Source: Zancudomyces culisetae HAW-14-8 (lineage: Eukaryota; Fungi; Kickxellomycota). Taken from it: a DNA stretch of 64,000 nucleotides. This document shows, piece after piece, positions 33,438 to 45,815 of the stretch. Numbering within the stretch: the first letter of the stretch is position 1; each line of letters opens with the position of its first letter. The translations under genes and the position numbers were made by a program. The stretch lies in assembly GCA_052426225.1 (NCBI GenBank), contig JBNJNM010000011.1, forward strand, positions 310,001-374,000, in the 5' to 3' direction. Under the pieces are notes generated by a model. The model was not told the DNA's origin. It saw only the letters and a list, made by a program, of their open reading frames with translations, and did no database searches.

Positions 33438-34590
33438 CTAAGCACCAGAAAGCTGACTCAAAAGATCATCGGTAAGAGTAGTACTCTTAAGTGCAAGTAC
33501 CGGGCAATTTGTGTTTTTGTACAAGCTCTCTACCCAGCTTGATGAGAATGTTCTATGTAGTATTAAGGTTACGATACCGATCAGTCTCTGTTACTGCAAT
33601 TTATGCACTTAACGATTTAAGATGTATTATACTTATTTATATACAAATAAGCGGGTATAATTACCTTTCAAGGAATCCCAATTCGGGGTATTGGCAAATT
33701 GCAAGCTGAGCATTGTGCTCCTCAATAAAGACACTTGGTTCAACAAAATTGCCAACACGAACATCAACCGAAGCCGAAACCTAAGTTTAAATAATCAAAG
33801 ATAATCACAGATACAGCCAAAAAGATGTAAATAAAGTAACCCATTGGTGCTATTTAACGAATGACTTTGTCTTACCCCACTATCGTAAAGCTTTTTGGCT
33901 AGTTTTGCTAGTTCCTCCTCAACTATGGCCTATACAATCATATTAATATCACATCAAACTATATATCAAGACTGGTGTTATGTTTACAAATTTATCTCCT
34001 GTTTTCACTTCCACCTACACCATTTATATACATTAAAAAAAAGGATCTTTTACCTTTTTATCGATTCTAGGCTCTTCATCACCCAAGATATCTACAGAGA
34101 AATAAAAACAGCGAATGTTTTAGTTATAGGCTGATTTCTTTGAAGAGTTCTCAACCAGCTTTTTGATATGTTATTAGTGAAAATATATCTTACTGCTCAG
34201 CATTTCAGATACCACTGCAGGATCAAAGGCCTTCTTTTCTGTGATTACACAGGTCAAAAATAAATGGTCGGACTCCTTCTTGATAATATTTTGTGCAGTC
34301 CTATTTGTTTTTCCTTCTTTGTTGTAAGCGTGCGACATTTTAAATTCTATTACTGGGCCCTTCCTGCCCAGACTTGAAAAAAGACAAACAGAAAAAATAA
34401 AGAAATACGAAGGAAGAACAGTACAAATCATATATCCGACTTACCATGCCGCTACCTTTTGAGCGTTACGAATTTTGGCATCATAACCACCTTGCTCTCG
34501 TTCTTCTACGCTGGCGGGCACCAAGTCATCGCTGTTGTAGATTATAACGATTTTGCGTCTTAATGACAACGGAACACTTTGATCAGCCAT
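33438..34590 (-). CDS. universal stress protein (Usp domain), about 191 aa; exons 34590-34445, 34300-34194, 34091-34054, 33929-33876, 33780-33665, 33552-33438
   Basis: Six GT-AG exons sum to 576 nt and give RRKIVIIYNS...AQKVAAWTAQNIIKKESDHLFLTCVI...LYDSGVSASVDVRVG...FIEEHNAQLAI...YKNTNCPVLAL, the Usp-fold motif order. Confidence 0.8.
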
Positions 34591-35990
34591 CTTTGAATGT
34601 TATTTTCTTAATAAACTGTACTTTGTTAGTGTAATATTGTTCAGCCGAATTATGTAAATTAACCCTCCGCACTTTATTCAATTTGAAAATCCGTCTATTT
34701 ATTATTAAAGCGGTTTAGCTAGGCACGAGACTCAGCTATTATAAACCTGAACAGTCACAACCCATTTATCACCAATGACTTTATTACATAGCCGTTTTTA
34801 TGCTCTCATTTTGCCTAATTGGTGATATATTTTATTTCAAATCTATTGACGGGCTTTAAACGTTCCCATTAAAATAGGTCCAGCATCTGGTTGGTTCATT
34901 AAACTCGCAATATAAACCAGCAAATCAAAATGAATGCTAAACACCGATTTTTTTTCAAGGCGGGTTATGTGGCTGCTGTTATTTTAGCAAGTTACTTTCA
35001 ATTAGAAGTTGACCATAGCTAGCAAATAAAGATCGTGGGAGGCGGAGGCAAACACAATAAGTTGGCGTTTTCCATGAAGAGTTTTACATGTATATAACTT
35101 TCGTCCAAACCATTAGGGAGGTGAGAGGTCACAAACAATGCTGTATTGCCTTAAAGCACAAACAGTATTATGACTGTCTTGCTGAATGGCTGTGATAAAT
35201 AGGATTCTGCATTTCCAGCTATCTAGATAAGCAAATAAACAGGTAACTGCCTTGATAGGAATTATATTTTTTTAGATATGGATAACTTCATTTTTCTCAA
35301 CATCTCAATCGATGCTAACTCTGCTTTGTTATTTAAAGATATAATTATCTTTATTAATTTTATTTGCTCCGCAACAATAACTCACCAAACATGCTCGACT
35401 TTTTTTTTAAAAAAAAGGTCAGGATTGGCTCAGAGATATAGAGCTGCAATATCGCAAAACAAGAATGCAGATACGAATCATGTGCTCATCACTTTAGTTG
35501 ATGAATACCCAAATACCACTATTGCTCATTGATACGGGTCGCGAATATATTCGTTGTACAATCATTTTATACCAAAAAAAAGTATGTGAATAATGATATA
35601 TATGAACGTAAGATTGTTCTGCTTATCACCATACCAATAGTTATCAAGATTCCGGGATATTTGAAAAAGTCCAAAAAGATCAACACCCGTCGCTTCCATA
35701 TGATGTTTTTGGTATCAAATGTTGCTATATGCTTTAGTTCCAAACAGCTACCTTCAGCTCAATCCTTCCCAAAGATAACATATCTTGAAGGCTCTTGTCG
35801 AATCGTATTCAAAATTATGGTTTCATAGCACCTTTTTTCTCAATCGCCTACTGAACCATAGTAATTGGACAAAAAGCGCGCTTATTTTATTGAGTGATCT
35901 AAAGTAATTCTTTTCAAAGTTTTGAATAAAATAAAAAGAAAAGCTCCTCAGTTCTGATCGGGTAAAGAATAAACACATCGCTACACCACT

Positions 35991-36664
35991 CTACTTATAC
36001 TTTTTGCGGATTTCATCGGTTATGTCGTCGCTCTTTATCTTTTCGTGCTCTGATGTTAGCCTTAGTTCTATACGTTTAAAATAAGAGAATATTGGTCATT
36101 AAAATGCGTCTTTATATAAATAACAAAGTATGAGAGTCACAAACAAGCGAATTTTTAGTGAAATTCATTACTATATACACCAGGTTTCTCTTCTGATTCA
36201 ATCCCCTGTACTACAAGTTTCCTTATAACCATTTCGATTTCATTGGCACGTTTCAGCTTCTATTAACATTAATGCATCTTTTTAAGTGGATCTATCGTTT
36301 GAAATTCGATGTGAATGTACCTTGCTTATTTCTTTTTCGTCAGTCAGGTTTTTGTGCGCTTGGAATTCGGACTTGGTTTTTTCAAATGCAGCTGTTCAAT
36401 GGTAGATTTTTAGTGACCTTTCATCTTCAGAAAATACATATGCACTAATACATAGTCCATAGCTTACCAATCATCGTTTTTTGATCGCCTATTTTTCGCA
36501 AATATACACTTATTTTAGCTCACACATAATTATTGATACAGATTTTCCGAAAGTAGAATGGACAACTATTAAGAAAAACCTAGTTTACCCTTAAAAGTGC
36601 TTCGTTCAGTTTTGAGCAACTGTCTATAAATTTTTAAAACCTCTTTTCTTAAGCTATTCGACAT
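35991..36664 (-). CDS. MZM1: LYR-motif complex III assembly factor Mzm1/LYRM7, 110 aa; exons 36664-36589, 36488-36468, 36391-36321, 36259-36172, 36067-35991
   Basis: Spliced protein MSNSLRKEVLKIYRQLLKTERSTFKGDQKTMIAAFEKTKSEFQAHKNLTDEKEISKKLKRANEIEMVIRKLVVQGIESEEKPGVYKLRLTSEHEK...; all introns GT-AG, total 333 nt. Confidence 0.85.
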
Positions 36665-37409
36665 CTTTATCTATTACCTTTTTCTACCTATCCTTTTATT
36701 ATACATTAAAAAAGCAAAGAATTTCCCGGTTTTAGCTTTTTTTGAATGGATATCTTTTTTTTGATTTAAATTTTTCTGAATCGCCATGCTGTTCAGAATT
36801 TGCCTGTTTGATTGGGTAGCCTAGTTTCTGGGCAAAACAATGAGAATTTCTTTTTTATTTTTAAAATGTGAAAAAAATCCGAAAAGCTCTCAAAGAACTA
36901 CATAATAAACCCAGATTTCCAGAAGCTATGTTAGCCATGAAACACTACGCTTTGTGTTTAGAACGATACTTACTGCACCGAAATATCTGTACTTGGTTCT
37001 GGTATAGCCATCGCACTGACTAGCAAATTAGGGTGCGTGGCGTAATAAAACTCTGTTTAACTGGTTTGCATTAATGTTTTACATGTTCGAATAGCTGGAT
37101 ACACGGGCTTTTAAACGCTGAAATAATCGCCCTACCATCTTGCTATTGTTTCACATTTAATTCCTTATAGAAACTCCTATAACTGTAGATCCTTGAAATA
37201 TATTCGAAAATTTTACAAGCAAAATTACTAGTACAAAATAAATTCTACAATCCCACAGAAAACTAGACTAGATAATTATAGTACACATGTGCTAAATCGA
37301 TGTTTATCATGTGCACACGCCCTCACCCCTGGTTGTTATATGGCTAAACTGGTAGAGAGAATGCAGTCAAAATCAGTGCACATATCATAGTGTATAGTTC
37401 GTTCCATTT

Positions 37410-38429
37410 TCAAGAATACCTCCCCTTTCTGCGCCCTGGTGTGCTATATGAGCTGTAGCCATTATTCTCCCTTAATCTTGCATACCCTATTTCGCTTTTG
37501 TTGAGAATCTGCTCTCCGAAAAATTCATCTTTACTACCGATCTTTGCATTTTTTTCACGAACCCTTTTTCTATTAGCTTTGATCATCTCTAGAGGATCTT
37601 CAGAAATGTTTATCTTTGGTTTCCTAGCCTCACTCATATCGCGCTTACTTATTTCTGCGTAGCCAAAATTTTTACTACTTTCCCCCACCTTCTCTTTGGT
37701 CTTACCACGGACTGATGCCCACCACGGTTTGTTTTTATCCTCGTTATATGTGCCCCCCAGTTTGGTATATGGTATGATTCGGGCTTTGTTTCTCTCTTCT
37801 ACTCTTTCTTTTTCATATTCTTTGTCTTTCACCAATGCACCCTATCCGAATTCCATATTATTCTTTAAGGAAGATAAAAATAATTTCACCAGCATACTAC
37901 TCTTCAGCCCAGTTTGCCTCACCTTCAATCTTGGTTTTCCTTTTACCCCGTATCTCAACTACTTTCTTACCTTTTCTTCATGTTCCTTCCAAAAATTAAT
38001 GCTTTCGCACTTGTGTCGCTCGCTGTTTGCTTTTATTCCCTCCTTTGCTGCTTTTTCTCCTCCTCCCTTTGCCCTTTTTCTGAGTTTCTCTATTCTACTC
38101 TCAGCCTCCTGTTCAATTTGGAAAGATTAAGTTTTTTATTTTCAATCATATAACTCGATCCCTTTTTTTATAGCAAAAACTAGTCTAATTATAAACTAAA
38201 ATAGACATTGCTCGAGGTACTTACTAGTTGCTTACGCTTTTTCTCCTGTTCTTTTAGTCCAAGCTCAGCTTTTTTTTGGTCTTTCAAAACTCGTTCTTGA
38301 TTTTCAACATTGTAAACGTGCCAGCTATGTTTATTTTTAAATATATATATATATATCTGTCAGACAAATATTCTGCTAGTTTGGTATTTATACGTACCTC
38401 TTTTTCGGAAGAATGTTCAGTTGACCCAT
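37410..38429 (-). CDS. LENG1: LENG1/Saf4-like splicing-associated protein (Cir_N domain); exons 38429-38398, 38324-38225, 38108-37971, 37841-37410
   Basis: Spliced N-terminus MGQLNILPKKSWHVYNVENQERVLKDQ; EAESRIEKLRKRA, INFW, KPWW and EDPL motifs. Confidence 0.8.
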
Positions 38430-38780
38430 CTCTGCTTTTACTTGTTTTGGTATTCCTGCCCTCCTGGTAAAATACGTTTTTGATACTACTAGCTTTTTAT
38501 ATGATTTTTACTTAGCTCTAGGCAAAATATCTCGCCATTTCCAACTCCAATAAAACTTCCATAATTTTTGATGGTCCCCAATTACCAATTGTAATTTGGA
38601 AAACACTGAAACCTATTACCCTAGTTTTCTGGAATCAAAATCCAAATAACCACCTTTTCATATGTAAATTATTTTGTTATGTTTTATGGTCTTTACTTCC
38701 TACTTGCTTTTTGATATACCAACCCTCGATCTTTTAAAAAAGTCTAAAAAAAAACTGTATTATTATAACACGAAATCATC

Positions 38781-39661
38781 ATGTTTGGCTGCATAGTTGC
38801 TGGAAGACTGGTAAGTTTCTTTATTATTTTTCTTATTTACCTTGGAAAAACAAAATTTAAAACAAAAATAAATTATTATCGAAAAAATCGAGTTGGCGAA
38901 AATATTTGACCTTAAGTTTTGAATCAATAATAGGTTCAAACCGATTTAGACCAAGTCGGGGAACATCAATTTGTGTTTAAAATTCCAGAACCACAACTCG
39001 CGAACCACATAGTAGTATTTTTGCTCGGGACAATTCCCTTCAACCCAGGCTACGCTGCAACTGTTCATTTTCGGTGGCCTGCTAGTGAATGGAAGTTCTT
39101 AGGAATGTAAGTAAAGTTGATATGGAAGCCTTTTAATCAGAGTACTGCTTAAACCGTCATGAATCGGGTGGAATTACCATCACAGTGTATCTTTTTTTTA
39201 AAACTACTATTTACAAATCACAAGCGTTAGTAGGCAGTTGCCTATGCAGATTTACATGTATTATATATTATTCGTATAGTGTTTCGAATGAAAAGCCGAG
39301 TGCGATATTCAAAGTTAAAAATCTTGCCGAATCAGCACCCGAAGTTGAAACTGGCTTGATTGCTGAGGTTGGGATTTCAATTGAACCCGAAAACACTGTG
39401 CAAATAGCTAACGAACAACACCGCTCTCAACTGGTTTTATCTAAAACCACTGGCACTGAGAGAGAGGCGTCTGCTTCCCAGAAAATGTTACAGAGTCTCT
39501 TCGATTATTGTATGTCTTTTTCCACCAACTTGGGATCCCTTTCCTCCAATCAACCATTTGCAGGTCTCAGCATCACACCTCAAACACAGGTGATTCCCTC
39601 AAAGGTTTTCCAGGATTGGTACAAAAGCTACCTTAGTAAACTTTCTAAGGGATTGGTGTGA
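38781..39661 (+). CDS. HIKESHI: Hikeshi/OPI10 Hsp70 nuclear import carrier; exons 38781-38810, 38934-39106, 39280-39661
   Basis: MFGCIVAGRLVQTD...NHIVVFLLGTIPF..GYAATVHF.WP..WKFLGIVSNEKPSAIFK; GISIEP; FQDWY. Confidence 0.92.
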
Positions 39662-40216
39662 GTACTTGGCTTATTTGACTTTATATGCTACTACTTTCGG
39701 TAATTCTATTTTCTTTAAAATTCAATAAATTGCATTGCAAATTTTGACTATAATTACCAATAACCAAAGGGTTTTATGCGCCTATGATTATACAGCGTTT
39801 AGGTTATAACTATCCGATTTTAGATAGCTCGGCTTTATACAATAATAAGAGCGTAGTTTCCCTATTTGTTATTAAATCAGGTTAATGAATTAACCATATT
39901 CTCTATATGGAGCTAAAATGAAAATACATACCACCCTTTTCTTCCCTGTATTACAATATAGGATACGCAGGTTTTGATGTTTTGATGTTTTGATGTTTTG
40001 GTGTTGATAGTCTATGAATAAGAGTTACATGTTTATTATTTCTCGGCTTGTACACTTTTTATCTGATAGATTTATCACGTTTTTATTTTCTCTTAAATAG
40101 ACTTTTTGAGTATAAAATGAATAGCATAATTGCGAAAAAACAAACATAATATTATATCATATATCCAGAATTACGCTATAAATCCGAAATACAATTGTAA
40201 ATACAATACACGTTTT

Positions 40217-41944
40217 TTACAGATCATGTCCCTGAAAATAGGAATTTTGACTTAGTAGTAACGGATTTAAATTTTGGTTATAATCACCCAGACTTGTTTG
40301 CATTAGGTTTATAGGATAAGGTAATTCAAATTCCTGATCATTTTCATATATTGTATTTTGAAAGTCAGTCCTATCTGGCGTTTTTACAGCTTCAAACTTG
40401 TCCTCGTGATAAAGAGGGTCATGATTTCCGAAGTTTACCTCAGGTCCTTCAGCAACTCCATCGTTGTTTTTATAGTCCTCTGCTGTCTCCACCAAGTTTG
40501 CAAGACTAGTTTGGTAGTTGTTGGGAAAGTTTGAGGTATAATTCTGAAAGTGATAAAAAGGGTGTGTTTCGCTATTCTGGTCTGTTATGCCATTGTTCAA
40601 ACCATAATTTCTGTAGTTTAGAGGTATCGTTATATTAATATCATCATCGTACGGGTTGTGGCATATATTAGCTAGATACGGGTTTGAGGTACCCTCCCAG
40701 TGGTTGTACGCATAATTATTCTGTACCTGGTTACAAGAAAGGCTCAGAGGGCTAACTCTGAATCTACGTTCATATTCAAACTCTTCATTTGCTGTAGCGT
40801 TGTCGTTGCCCGTTTGGAATCCCTCCATTTTTTCAGCACCATCAGATATGTTGCTCGTTTCCAATTTGTGTAGTATTTGATCGGTATTTACCCAACCTGA
40901 TGAGATATTGTTCTGCACTAATGGTATTGGTTCGTTTATTTTTTTAGGGAATAAAGCACTTCCATAGCCAATGGTACTACCAACACCACAATCGCTATAA
41001 CTTAAAATGTTCTCGTTTTGGCGATCAACTTCGTAATTTTCAGGTGCATAATTGGACTCGTTGCTCCATGACTGAGGGTACTGTGACTTGGTTTTTTCAG
41101 GCTTAAAGGTTTCGGGCTTAAGGATTTCGGGCTTGAGGATATCTTTTTTCATGGCAACTTCCGTCTCAAATAACGGCCTCAGGGGCTCGTATATACCGTG
41201 CTTTTCGGCTAGAAATTTTGCCCTTTCAAAAGTAATCCACACACCTTTCAGATACATAGAACCCGTCTTAATCACCTTTCTTTCTTGCTCAGCTTTTAGA
41301 ATACCATCCCTTTTACCTCGTGTCATTTTAGTTACATTGAGTAGCTTTGTACCGTTGATCATATTGTTATCTTGTCTTCTTGCCACTGTTATATTTTCAT
41401 ACTCAAAGTTCAGGGTTTTTGTGTTTTCTTCCTTCCAGTTTGTCGTAGTTAGCGAGTTTTTCTGGCTTCTTCCTCGTAAATACTTTCCAATATTTTTAAC
41501 ACCAGAATTTGATTTTAGGTAATAATTGGTAAATGGGTAAGTTGGATAGCGTTGTTTTAGTTGGTTTTTAAACCTTTCAAACTTCCTCATTGCATTGATG
41601 GAATTGCACAAATGAGAAAGATCATATCCCTCACCCATTGATCCGTTCACCTGGTAATAACACACACTGTTTTCATTTTCATTTTCATTTTTATTTTCGT
41701 TTTTATTGAAATCCGTGTTGTTGACACACAAGCTAATATCATTATTGGTACCAACATCAGCGCAAATGTCAACACCCGTACTGGTGCCAGTACCAATGTT
41801 CATTCCATTTATGTTATCACCTACTTTTACATTTGTTTTTACTTTTTTACTCTTGATTACTTTGGGCGTCTTTTTAGCATGACCAGCTTTACCTATCTTC
41901 TTTTGCAAACCCTGCGAACCATCTTTTGATTTAGTTCTGGGCAT
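40217..41944 (-). CDS. APSES transcription factor, StuA/Sok2/Phd1/Efg1 group
   Basis: TTTNWKEENT...VARRQDNNMINGTKLLNVTKMTRGKRDGILKAE...VIKTGSMYLKGVWITFERA. Confidence 0.92.
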   Translation of the reverse strand: MPRTKSKDGSQGLQKKIGKAGHAKKTPKVIKSKKVKTNVKVGDNINGMNIGTGTSTGVDICADVGTNNDISLCVNNTDFNKNENKNENENENSVCYYQVNGSMGEGYDLSHLCNSINAMRKFERFKNQLKQRYPTYPFTNYYLKSNSGVKNIGKYLRGRSQKNSLTTTNWKEENTKTLNFEYENITVARRQDNNMINGTKLLNVTKMTRGKRDGILKAEQERKVIKTGSMYLKGVWITFERAKFLAEKHGIYEPLRPLFETEVAMKKDILKPEILKPETFKPEKTKSQYPQSWSNESNYAPENYEVDRQNENILSYSDCGVGSTIGYGSALFPKKINEPIPLVQNNISSGWVNTDQILHKLETSNISDGAEKMEGFQTGNDNATANEEFEYERRFRVSPLSLSCNQVQNNYAYNHWEGTSNPYLANICHNPYDDDINITIPLNYRNYGLNNGITDQNSETHPFYHFQNYTSNFPNNYQTSLANLVETAEDYKNNDGVAEGPEVNFGNHDPLYHEDKFEAVKTPDRTDFQNTIYENDQEFELPYPINLMQTSLGDYNQNLNPLLLSQNSYFQGHDL

Positions 41945-44081
41945 CTTGATTATATTTTGCTTATATATTACACTAGCTCAGTTATTTCTTTTTTGGTACT
42001 TATTAGTATCAATAATTTTCTATCCTAGATTATGCTTGTTCATCCAAATATGCTTCGCCGCATTCAAAATAATAACAAAAGTTAGGCAAAAGTAAGATGC
42101 TTATTATGGGACTTGCAGATTACTATTATATTGTTTCTGTTGATTATACTTTGAATCTTATGCTTTGTAGTTGAATTATTACTTATTATTACCTTTTTAA
42201 CGACGCAGTTCTTCAGACATACTCCAATGTACATATGGATAAACATAAGTAAAAAATAAAAAGTTCTTTGATGAGGATCCTTAGGCAATATATACGCATC
42301 CGAGCTCATCCTTATTTCGATAACATAAACCCAAAAGCACAAGGCTGCAATTAGAACAATAATAACAATAAAATAAAAGAGCGAATAAACAAAAAGGTAC
42401 GACCAGGTAAGAACGATGGAGAAAAGATAAAATCTTTCTTTCCGGTTTTGTAAACAGCTTTCCTAATTAGACATCGGACTAGTAGAAGGGAGCCATTTAG
42501 CTTCATGTCTATATTCCAATTTGTAAGACGTGCATAGTGCATACAGTCGTTCTACTGTACAAAGAAAATTAACCATGCTTTTCTGCATCTTTACAAATTT
42601 TTAAAAACCTGTTGTATGCCACGTCGAACCACTCACTTGGTGAAAAAATGTGAAGGTTTGGTTTGATCAAAAGAGTAAATGTACCAGGCTATGGAAAAAC
42701 TCCACCCGCTAAAAGAAAACTCAACCTCCCCTTCCTTTCTCATTCTCGTTTTTTTTAGTTACCAAAACGAGAATACAAAGAAGGTTTTTTTTTTCGAGTA
42801 AAGTCTAGCCAAATTCCATTTCAGTTACCATCACCCCATTTCCTCGTAAAATTGCCATTTTGGCTTCATTCATACAAATATTTGCTATCTCACTTTTGTT
42901 TGTGTCAATCGAATACTCACACAATTCACACAAGGTTGCTTTCAACAGCGTACATGAGAACACGCGTGAATATTACTCTGCTTAGCATTACTAAGAAGTA
43001 ACAAGTTCTATGCATCTATCTCTGTTAAACATGGAGACGGGATGTTTATCAATGATAGGTTAGTAATTAAAACGGCATCAAACCTGCTTGGAGGACATCT
43101 GAATTTGTCAAAGTTTAACTAGAAAATGTCTGCAGGAAATCGTGATATACTCCCTCTTTCAAAAAAAAGTTTTTTTTTTCACTTTTTATTACAGATGACA
43201 TTCTTACAAGCACTAGTTATACAAAGATTACCTTTTTTGTGTTTAGTTCATGAAAATAAGAAGGGTACAAGTTGTAAAAATGGGAAAAAATATATGGTAT
43301 ATTTGATCTTGTTTTGGTTGCGTAATATGTTGTAAATAACATAAAAGATACTTATTAAGATTTCTACTACAACATTAGGCTTCTGACTTCTATGCTCAAA
43401 AAAGGACATGGAAGTTTGGGCGAGATACTTGTGTAGTCCAGTTTCCTCTTTATGGAAGCAATGATTTTAATGTACGTACCACTCTACCCTTTCTAGCTTG
43501 AACAAAGTCAGCATACGTACATATACCCATATTCGACTTTTTCAGTAAAAATAAAAAGAAAAAAAAAGGGTTTTTCCTGTTTTTAGTGCCAGATGCTCCT
43601 AGAGAAATGTATCTGACTCCTATCTGTTCTTATTGCAGAAAAACCTTTAACTGGCCAATAGAAATATGGTAGCTGAATTACATTACATAATGCAGACGTC
43701 ATAGCAAGGAGAAAAGCGGATACGCTGTGTAACTTGTAGAATAATTTTAGTCATAGTAGGTACGGCTTGCATTCATAAGTGTGAGTTTTCGGTCATTATG
43801 GCTTAATATACTAATCCACCCTTATGTTCACAATTTTGTTTTCGGTAAACTCAAGCAAATGTTTTATTTTATTTATTTTTACAGCCACATTTAACTCCCA
43901 GAGATTAACATGTTGCATAAAATATCTTGGCATGAAAATGATCTCAAACATATAAATAAGGCTATAGGGACATTAGCGCCGTAAATTCTAATGTTAATGA
44001 CCTTATACGGGATAAATGGAAAAACAGAAAAATGAAAAGTGATGAAAAAGCGACTTTGAAGAATCAGTATTTACTTGTTGA

Positions 44082-45815
44082 TCATTGAATGTTTTTTTCA
44101 CTGTTTCTAACTAATCTTTCTACCATCTTTTCTAGCCTATCAACATGCATGGTAATATATTGTAACTTTGGAAATATGTTGTTCAGCAAGAGTTTGAACT
44201 CGAGATTTTCAACCTCTTTTGAACCACTAAATTTGGTATACCGTGAGTTTGAAGTACTGACATTTTGTATCACTCTTCTCTCAGTATTAAGTAGTGATGT
44301 GGTACTGTGTCTTCTATCTATATGTAAATCTCGACGATGACCATATTCTGCATGTTCTCTTATTCCTACTGGCCTATTTTGGCATTTATCTGCTGTGTTA
44401 ATTAATTCTGCACCTGGCCTTTTCATGGAAGTATCTTTAAAATAGTTTAGTGCACCTAAACTTTTATCATTACGATTGTAATTATAAAAATAACCTGCTG
44501 GTGGCGATAGCGAATAAGGGAAGGGGCGCCCTTTGTTATTGTGATAATCCCACGCATTACCAACCTTGTTTGATTGATCTGTGATGTTTATAGGGACATC
44601 ATATTTTTTTGTTCTGAAGACACTGCACTTGATATCTTTGATAAGATTAGGGTTTTTTTCTAACTCTGATTGATCTATTCTCTTATCATTCATAAAAAAA
44701 TTATTTGTAAGACCAGATACTTCAGATACTGTGGCACCCAGGATATGACATGATTCAGCGTTATTTGCATCACCATGATCTAAACTAAACCTTCTAAACT
44801 TCAGTGGTTCAACGTTTTTAATAGTTTGCTCTCTTTTTCTATCAAAAACATTTTGAGGGGATTGTACTCCTTGTTTTACTGATTGTCGTAGAGCCTCGCC
44901 GTCAATTTTTTTTGCTGAGTTTGAAATCTTGGTGTTCTTTATTACAATCTGCTTGCTTACATTCAATATGTGCTTTGAAGAATGAACAGTCTCACTCTTT
45001 AGATGTCTGTTTAATGCATCGAGCCTTGCAAACCTTCTGTTACATTTGAGGCACCTATGTGGCTTTTCTCCAGTATGAAGTTTTGAGTGTCTTTTCAAAT
45101 CTTGTTGTCTCCTGAACTGCATATTACACACATTGCATACAAACGGTTTCAGGACTGAATGAATAAGAAGATGCGACTTTAAACTTGTATTGCGTGCAAA
45201 ACCAAGACCACATATACTGCATCTGTACTTTGGTTTGTTTTTTTTACCAGATTCCTCGATTTTTTTATTATTTTCGGCCATCCCTTCGCTTTTTTGATCG
45301 TTTTCATGAGACGGATTCAGAATGTTTAGCAATGTAACACTTCCTTTCCTCATTTTAGTAGAATCTTTTGAAAGTTTTTTGTAACCATTCGATTGCCCAA
45401 AAGAGATATTAGAAGCAGGGCTTGAGCCATCTAAACCCACACCTTCAGCAGACCCAACTTTGAAACCCTGTATGTTCTTCTGCAAGCTATAGCTGCCTAC
45501 ACTCGATCTATCCCTTTGATGTTGGGAGTTGACTACTTTCTCACTTTTGATGCTGTTTTTTATAAGATTTGGGCGATTATCGATGCTTATAACACTACCA
45601 ATATCCACTACATCACAGGTATAGTCCCAATCGTCACCTTGCTGGTGATCAGGATTTTTTGATTTAGCATTTTCATCTTTGTTTTGACCATTTTCAATGT
45701 TTATACTTAAGAGCTGTTGACCTCCATCAGGCCTCACATGATTTGTATCACCTACAATGTATTCAATAGATGGCAACTGCACACAACCACCTTTATTTTC
45801 AAACCGTATATCCAT
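44082..45815 (-). CDS. C2H2 zinc-finger transcription factor (three fingers) with C-terminal coiled coil
   Basis: CSIC..FARNTSLKSHLLIH, CNVC..FRRQQDLKRHSKLH-TGEKP, CLKC..FARLDALNRH. Confidence 0.9.
   Translation of the reverse strand: MDIRFENKGGCVQLPSIEYIVGDTNHVRPDGGQQLLSINIENGQNKDENAKSKNPDHQQGDDWDYTCDVVDIGSVISIDNRPNLIKNSIKSEKVVNSQHQRDRSSVGSYSLQKNIQGFKVGSAEGVGLDGSSPASNISFGQSNGYKKLSKDSTKMRKGSVTLLNILNPSHENDQKSEGMAENNKKIEESGKKNKPKYRCSICGLGFARNTSLKSHLLIHSVLKPFVCNVCNMQFRRQQDLKRHSKLHTGEKPHRCLKCNRRFARLDALNRHLKSETVHSSKHILNVSKQIVIKNTKISNSAKKIDGEALRQSVKQGVQSPQNVFDRKREQTIKNVEPLKFRRFSLDHGDANNAESCHILGATVSEVSGLTNNFFMNDKRIDQSELEKNPNLIKDIKCSVFRTKKYDVPINITDQSNKVGNAWDYHNNKGRPFPYSLSPPAGYFYNYNRNDKSLGALNYFKDTSMKRPGAELINTADKCQNRPVGIREHAEYGHRRDLHIDRRHSTTSLLNTERRVIQNVSTSNSRYTKFSGSKEVENLEFKLLLNNIFPKLQYITMHVDRLEKMVERLVRNSEKNIQ

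Noticed and set aside
35278-35828. Two overlapping + strand ORFs and an antisense open stretch
   Set aside because: No recognisable motifs, and no consistent splice model could be built.
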